Notes under the pieces: model-generated
Seen by the model: only the letters and a program-made list of their open reading frames with translations
Databases searched by the model: none
Told to the model about the DNA's origin: nothing
Shown: one piece after another, positions 60,522-64,000 of the stretch
How the letters are laid out: each line of letters starts with the position of its first letter
How positions within the stretch are numbered: position 1 is the stretch's first letter
Program-made: the position numbers and the translations under genes
DNA from: an uncultured virus (IMG/VR IMGVR_UViG_2061766007_000583)
Taxonomy: Duplodnaviria > Heunggongvirae > Uroviricota > Caudoviricetes
DNA: 64,000 bases
IMG/VR virus record: IMGVR_UViG_2061766007_000583
Direction: 5' to 3' (one strand)

Positions 60522-60926
60522 TTAGTCTTTTAAATTAACATATCCAAGTATATATTCTTCATCAGAATAAATCTTGTTGTTTGACGGATAATCACAACTA
60601 ACATTAAATACTAAACCTTCTTTTTCTGCAAGTTTTAATACTTCACGTACTGCATAATCATAAGGCATTCTTCTTGTTTTGCAAAAACTAAATTCGTCAA
60701 GTTCGTCATTATTAAGAACAAAACTCTCACAATATAATTTTTTATCGCTATTTGCATTGCCATTAAAAGCGATTCTATCAACTGTAATTGTGGGTGCATC
60801 TTGTCCATCCCAGTCTCTAATAGCAATCCCTTTTTTAGCACAATCTTTTAAAATCTCTCTAACACTATTACAAAATTCTTCAGTAATAGGTTTAGTTGTT
60901 CTTGTCCAATATCTTGTAAAACCCAT
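60522..60926 (-). CDS. Cassette gene, conserved phage protein
   Basis: MGFTRYW...FNG...ESF...FCKT.R.PYD.AV. Confidence 0.75.
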   Translation of the reverse strand: MGFTRYWTRTTKPITEEFCNSVREILKDCAKKGIAIRDWDGQDAPTITVDRIAFNGNANSDKKLYCESFVLNNDELDEFSFCKTRRMPYDYAVREVLKLAEKEGLVFNVSCDYPSNNKIYSDEEYILGYVNLKD

Positions 60927-60937
60927 ATCTTTCTCCT

Positions 60938-61153
60938 TTACTCTCCTAATAACATTCTTCTGTCTTCATCATAATAAAAAGTTCTTGTTTTGGTAGTTAT
61001 TTTATACATACCATTGTTATTATTCTTAACGCAATCATAAACTTTAAGTCTATCTGCTACTTCTAATTGATAGCCTACTTCGTTTAAACTGCATTCGGAA
61101 TAAATAATTTCCATATTTGTTTTACCATCAGTGGTTGAGTACCATCTTCTCAT
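60938..61153 (-). CDS. Cassette gene, hypothetical protein
   Basis: GGAGG RBS. Confidence 0.7.
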   Translation of the reverse strand: MRRWYSTTDGKTNMEIIYSECSLNEVGYQLEVADRLKVYDCVKNNNNGMYKITTKTRTFYYDEDRRMLLGE

Positions 61154-61354
61154 ATCTGTTTCCCTCCTTCGATAATACTACTATATCATATTATAATAAA
61201 TTTGTCAATAGTTTTTTTTATTCTTTTTAAAAATTTTTTTATTCGCTTTAAGATAATTTAAAGCGAATAACTGATATTTAAATATCAGAATACAAAATAA
61301 AAAACAGTCGCAAGGCTTTTGACCTCACGACTGCAACAAAGGAAGGTAACAAAA

Positions 61355-61972
61355 TTATGAATAAAAACTTCTCGCTTGATTGAAAAGTTTATTCTGCATA
61401 TTTTCTTTAGTGGGTTTTTCGTTTTCTATTCTAGGTAAACCATAAACCTTGTTAACAAAATTCGGAATTGTAGAATATCTTTTGATAATCTGTTTGTGTA
61501 CTTCGGCTTCTGTTCTTTTATCGTTTGGAATAACCCAATCATTCCAATTTCTATAATAGTCAACGCCTTTATCATTAAGTATTTTAATTTCAAAATTACA
61601 ACTTCCGTCGTGGTGACTGCAATGTACGAACAAGTGTCCGTTTTCGTCATAGATTTTATAATTCCAACAATCTTCAATCATACTGAAAAATGCGTCTTTA
61701 AAATCTCCAAAGATTTTTCCACCACTATAAACGCCGTCCCACCTTCCGATACTACCAAAACAAATTATCTCTTTGTCTTCAAAGAATCTTGATAATTCTT
61801 CAAGTGTGATATCAAAATCCATTGCACAAATATCATAAGCACAATTCTCGATTTCGTCGTCGTCAAATTCTTCTCCACTCTCTTTTAAACATTCTTCTGC
61901 ATCTTTGAAATATACGTCCATATCGTAATTATCAAAGATAATTCTTTCTTTAGCAATAGTGTTCTTTCTCAT
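61355..61972 (-). CDS. Cassette gene, hypothetical protein
   Basis: GRWDG...HHDG motif; GGAGG RBS. Confidence 0.75.
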   Translation of the reverse strand: MRKNTIAKERIIFDNYDMDVYFKDAEECLKESGEEFDDDEIENCAYDICAMDFDITLEELSRFFEDKEIICFGSIGRWDGVYSGGKIFGDFKDAFFSMIEDCWNYKIYDENGHLFVHCSHHDGSCNFEIKILNDKGVDYYRNWNDWVIPNDKRTEAEVHKQIIKRYSTIPNFVNKVYGLPRIENEKPTKENMQNKLFNQARSFYS

Positions 61973-62039
61973 ATAAAAGCCCTCCCTTTTGTTTATATAA
62001 CTATATTACCATACAATGTTTATTTTGTCAAGTACTTTT

Positions 62040-62300
62040 TTAACAATTACACCAAAAATCTTCTTCAACAAAACTTATGTGTCCGTATGCCTTTTCAAGA
62101 ATTGAATAAGGAATATCGTCTGCATAAGATAAATTATTAATAAATTCAACGTCTTCAGCCGATAAATCAAAATCAATATTATCAGAATAAAATAATTCTT
62201 CCTTTAATTGTATTAATTCGTCTTCAGTGCATTCATTTAAACCAAAATAAGTATCTCTCATAATTGTTCTCCCTTCTTGAGTATATACATAGTATATCAT
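62040..62300 (-). CDS. Cassette gene, acidic protein
   Basis: EL..LK...Y....FVEEDF motif; true start may be 62261. Confidence 0.7.
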   Translation of the reverse strand: MIYYVYTQEGRTIMRDTYFGLNECTEDELIQLKEELFYSDNIDFDLSAEDVEFINNLSYADDIPYSILEKAYGHISFVEEDFWCNC

Positions 62301-62419
62301 ATTATGTTTTTCTTGTAAATAGTTTTCAGTAAAATTTTATAAAAAATTTATAATTGTATGATATTTAAATATCAAAATTAATTTCAAAATCTGATATTCA
62401 AATATCATATATTATCCAT

Positions 62420-62985
62420 AAAATAAAAAAGGACTTGTCACCTACCACAAGTCGCTTTTACTTTACATTGTTAACAGTTACAGTTAAAGGGAAAGTATCG
62501 CCACAATACTTTCCCTTTAACTTTTTCTATACCCTATTGTACTTCTAGGCTATAGGTGGCTATGGTTTTATGCTTTTCTTTTACAACCTTGCACGGACAC
62601 CTATCCACTTGGTTGACACGCTTTTTATTCCGTCTAAAAACTCTGTATATCAAAACTGACTCTCTTAACGCAATGTTACGGCACTTTTTATACTAGGTAT
62701 GAAAATATGCGAACAAAATTTCTACCTCTCTTAACGCAATTTTACGATTCGTTTCTCTCGGTCTGTAAACGCAATCAAATCTCTACCTATCTTCACGCAA
62801 TCTTACGCTCATAGGTTTTCACTAGGATATAAAACCTTTAGTAATTAAAATTTCTACCTATCTTTAAGAGTATTATCTATGAGTATTACCATTTTAACAC
62901 TCTAGGCAATATTTACCAACTTTTGGCAGTCAACCTATCTTAACGCAATTTTACGAGAAAAACTATAACGTCTTTTTTATTATGT
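62420..62985 (-). ncRNA. Non-coding cassette with tandem ~33-nt repeats and hairpin spacers
   Basis: Promoter 62990-63018; repeats at 62651, 62714, 62776, 62846 (partial), 62928; 16-bp hairpin 62483-62521; no substantial ORF. Confidence 0.65.
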
Positions 62986-63026
62986 ATTTATTATAACATA
63001 ATCATTTTTATTTGTCAAGTACTTTT

Positions 63027-63386
63027 TTAATAATTTCTTAAATTTATTAAAACTTTTTCGTACTCAACTAAAAACTTATCGTTATCGAAAATATCTTCAA
63101 GGGCAAGTCTTCTCTTATCAGTTAATTTTGTATAGCCGTTTTCTTCCTTGAATTTGTTTTCAAGATATTTTCTACGATTATCAATCAATTCACGTACTGC
63201 ACCACACATAACAGTCTGAAATCTGTAACATTCCCACGTTCTGTTAGAATAGTTACAAGTATGTTTTACCTTTTCAACATTATTAATAAATAATGTTGTA
63301 TCGTGTGCGAATCCGTGTCTAGTGTTTCTGTACTCGTTTACAAATTCATATTCTTTGTCGCCTACAGTAAATTTTTTAATTTCCAT
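63027..63386 (-). CDS. Hypothetical protein (GF.H...NRTWE.Y.FQTV)
   Basis: GGAGG RBS, promoter. Confidence 0.75.
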   Translation of the reverse strand: MEIKKFTVGDKEYEFVNEYRNTRHGFAHDTTLFINNVEKVKHTCNYSNRTWECYRFQTVMCGAVRELIDNRRKYLENKFKEENGYTKLTDKRRLALEDIFDNDKFLVEYEKVLINLRNY

Positions 63387-63420
63387 TTTTGTTCCCTCCT
63401 TTGTTTACTGTAATTATATA

Positions 63421-63648
63421 TTACCACAAATCAAATTCAATGTCAAGATATTTTATTAAATTTGTTAAAATTTCTTTTAAGTCTTCATTATGATAAGGCA
63501 TTGCAGTTTTTATTGCATTATTTGGATTATCTTCTACATAATATATATAGATATATCCGTTATTAATATCAATTTTATCTACAAACTTATATATATCTTT
63601 TAATATATTATTTAAATGATTTAATTCTTTAATAGTAATAATGGTCAT
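63421..63648 (-). CDS. Cassette gene, hypothetical protein
   Basis: Promoter, RBS. Confidence 0.65.
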   Translation of the reverse strand: MTIITIKELNHLNNILKDIYKFVDKIDINNGYIYIYYVEDNPNNAIKTAMPYHNEDLKEILTNLIKYLDIEFDLW

Positions 63649-63838
63649 ATCTTTGTACTTCCTTTCTTTAATCTAAAACTAGAATATCATATAATTTTTA
63701 TTTTGTCAATAAGGAATTTTATATTATCTGATATTCAAATATCAATATAGTTTTGAATATTGTAATATTGAATTTCTGATATTTAAATATCAGAAATTCA
63801 AAACATAAAAAGGAATAGGATTTCCTATTCCCTTTTCA

Positions 63839-64000
63839 TTATCTCCCAGCCTTTGCCTTTAAGTCCAAGAAAGTCTCTTTGTATTTTCGGCACTCTTCGG
63901 CAATATCTTTTATTGTGCTGAAATTGTCCCACTTGCAACCGTCGGCAGTATAGACAGTATATTCGTTTACTACTCTGCCTTTACGAACTGAATAATAGCA
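63839..64000 (-). CDS. 3' part of a cassette gene cut by window edge
   Basis: Open frame CYYSVRKGRVVNEY...AKAGR*, terminator at 63808-63836. Confidence 0.6.
   Translation of the reverse strand, partial: CYYSVRKGRVVNEYTVYTADGCKWDNFSTIKDIAEECRKYKETFLDLKAKAGR

Larger units (their letters stand above)
48848..63794. repeat. Dispersed palindrome (TC)TGATATTYAAATATCA(GA), about 32 copies separating gene cassettes
   Basis: Copies at about 48848, 49105, 49517, 49814, 50113, 50759, 50908, 51093, 51579, 51753, 52315, 52733, 53673, 54230, 54586, 54989, 55237, 55703, 56218, 56728, 57233, 57624, 57934, 58619, 59604, 59788, 60449, 61270, 62357, 62390, 63727, 63775. Confidence 0.95.

Noticed and set aside
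131..61792. Antisense or alternate-frame ORFs overlapping real genes (e.g. 131-589, 2360-2707, 5077-5433, 16007-16330, 26765-27076, 37128-37406, 51199-51516, 59836-60177, 61496-61792)
   Set aside because: Shadow ORFs without RBS or motifs, overlapping better-supported genes.
62651..62955. Canonical CRISPR array
   Set aside because: Repeats are degenerate, spacers are self-complementary with a shared motif, and no cas genes are present. Kept as a repeat ncRNA instead.
48848..63794. Palindrome series as a CRISPR array
   Set aside because: Spacing is irregular (tens to over 1000 bp) and the intervals hold whole genes; no cas genes seen.
1..64000. Stop-codon reassignment, diversity-generating retroelement, or integrase
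   Set aside because: Long genes are intact in the standard code; no reverse transcriptase, TR/VR pair or recombinase is recognisable in this window.

Overview
AT-rich segment of a large tailed-phage genome. Gene content and promoter/RBS style suggest a Clostridia/Lachnospiraceae-type Firmicute host (inference). The draft assembly has six N gaps. Layout: (1) 1-3.1 kb, + strand: end of the tail/lysis module (LL-H-type holin, GH25 endolysin). (2) 3.2-46.4 kb, - strand: replication and nucleotide-metabolism arm. It encodes a dUTPase split by a group I intron with an HNH ORF, NrdD/NrdG/glutaredoxin, a RecD2-like helicase with intein, a ThyX-like protein, DnaE, two DNA methyltransferases, two glycosyltransferase-like genes, RecJ, primase, DnaB with a class 3 intein, a Sak4-like ATPase, SSB, tRNA-Gln and several atypical tRNA-like or structured RNAs. 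(3) 46.5-48.8 kb: strand switch with operator-like motifs. (4) 48.8-64 kb: an array of about 25 self-contained promoter-RBS-ORF-terminator cassettes separated by about 30 copies of the palindrome (TC)TGATATTYAAATATCA(GA). Cargo includes a SAM-lyase-like protein, acidic DNA-mimic candidates, an ArfA/BrfA-like peptide and two non-coding RNA cassettes, one built from tandem ~33-nt repeats with hairpin spacers. The best candidates for an undescribed system are the palindrome-delimited cassette array, the repeat RNA at 62.4-63.0 kb, and the operon combining tRNA-like RNAs, a helical protein and a 424-nt RNA domain at 25.9-27.5 kb. All calls come from visual motif reading; no searches were run.
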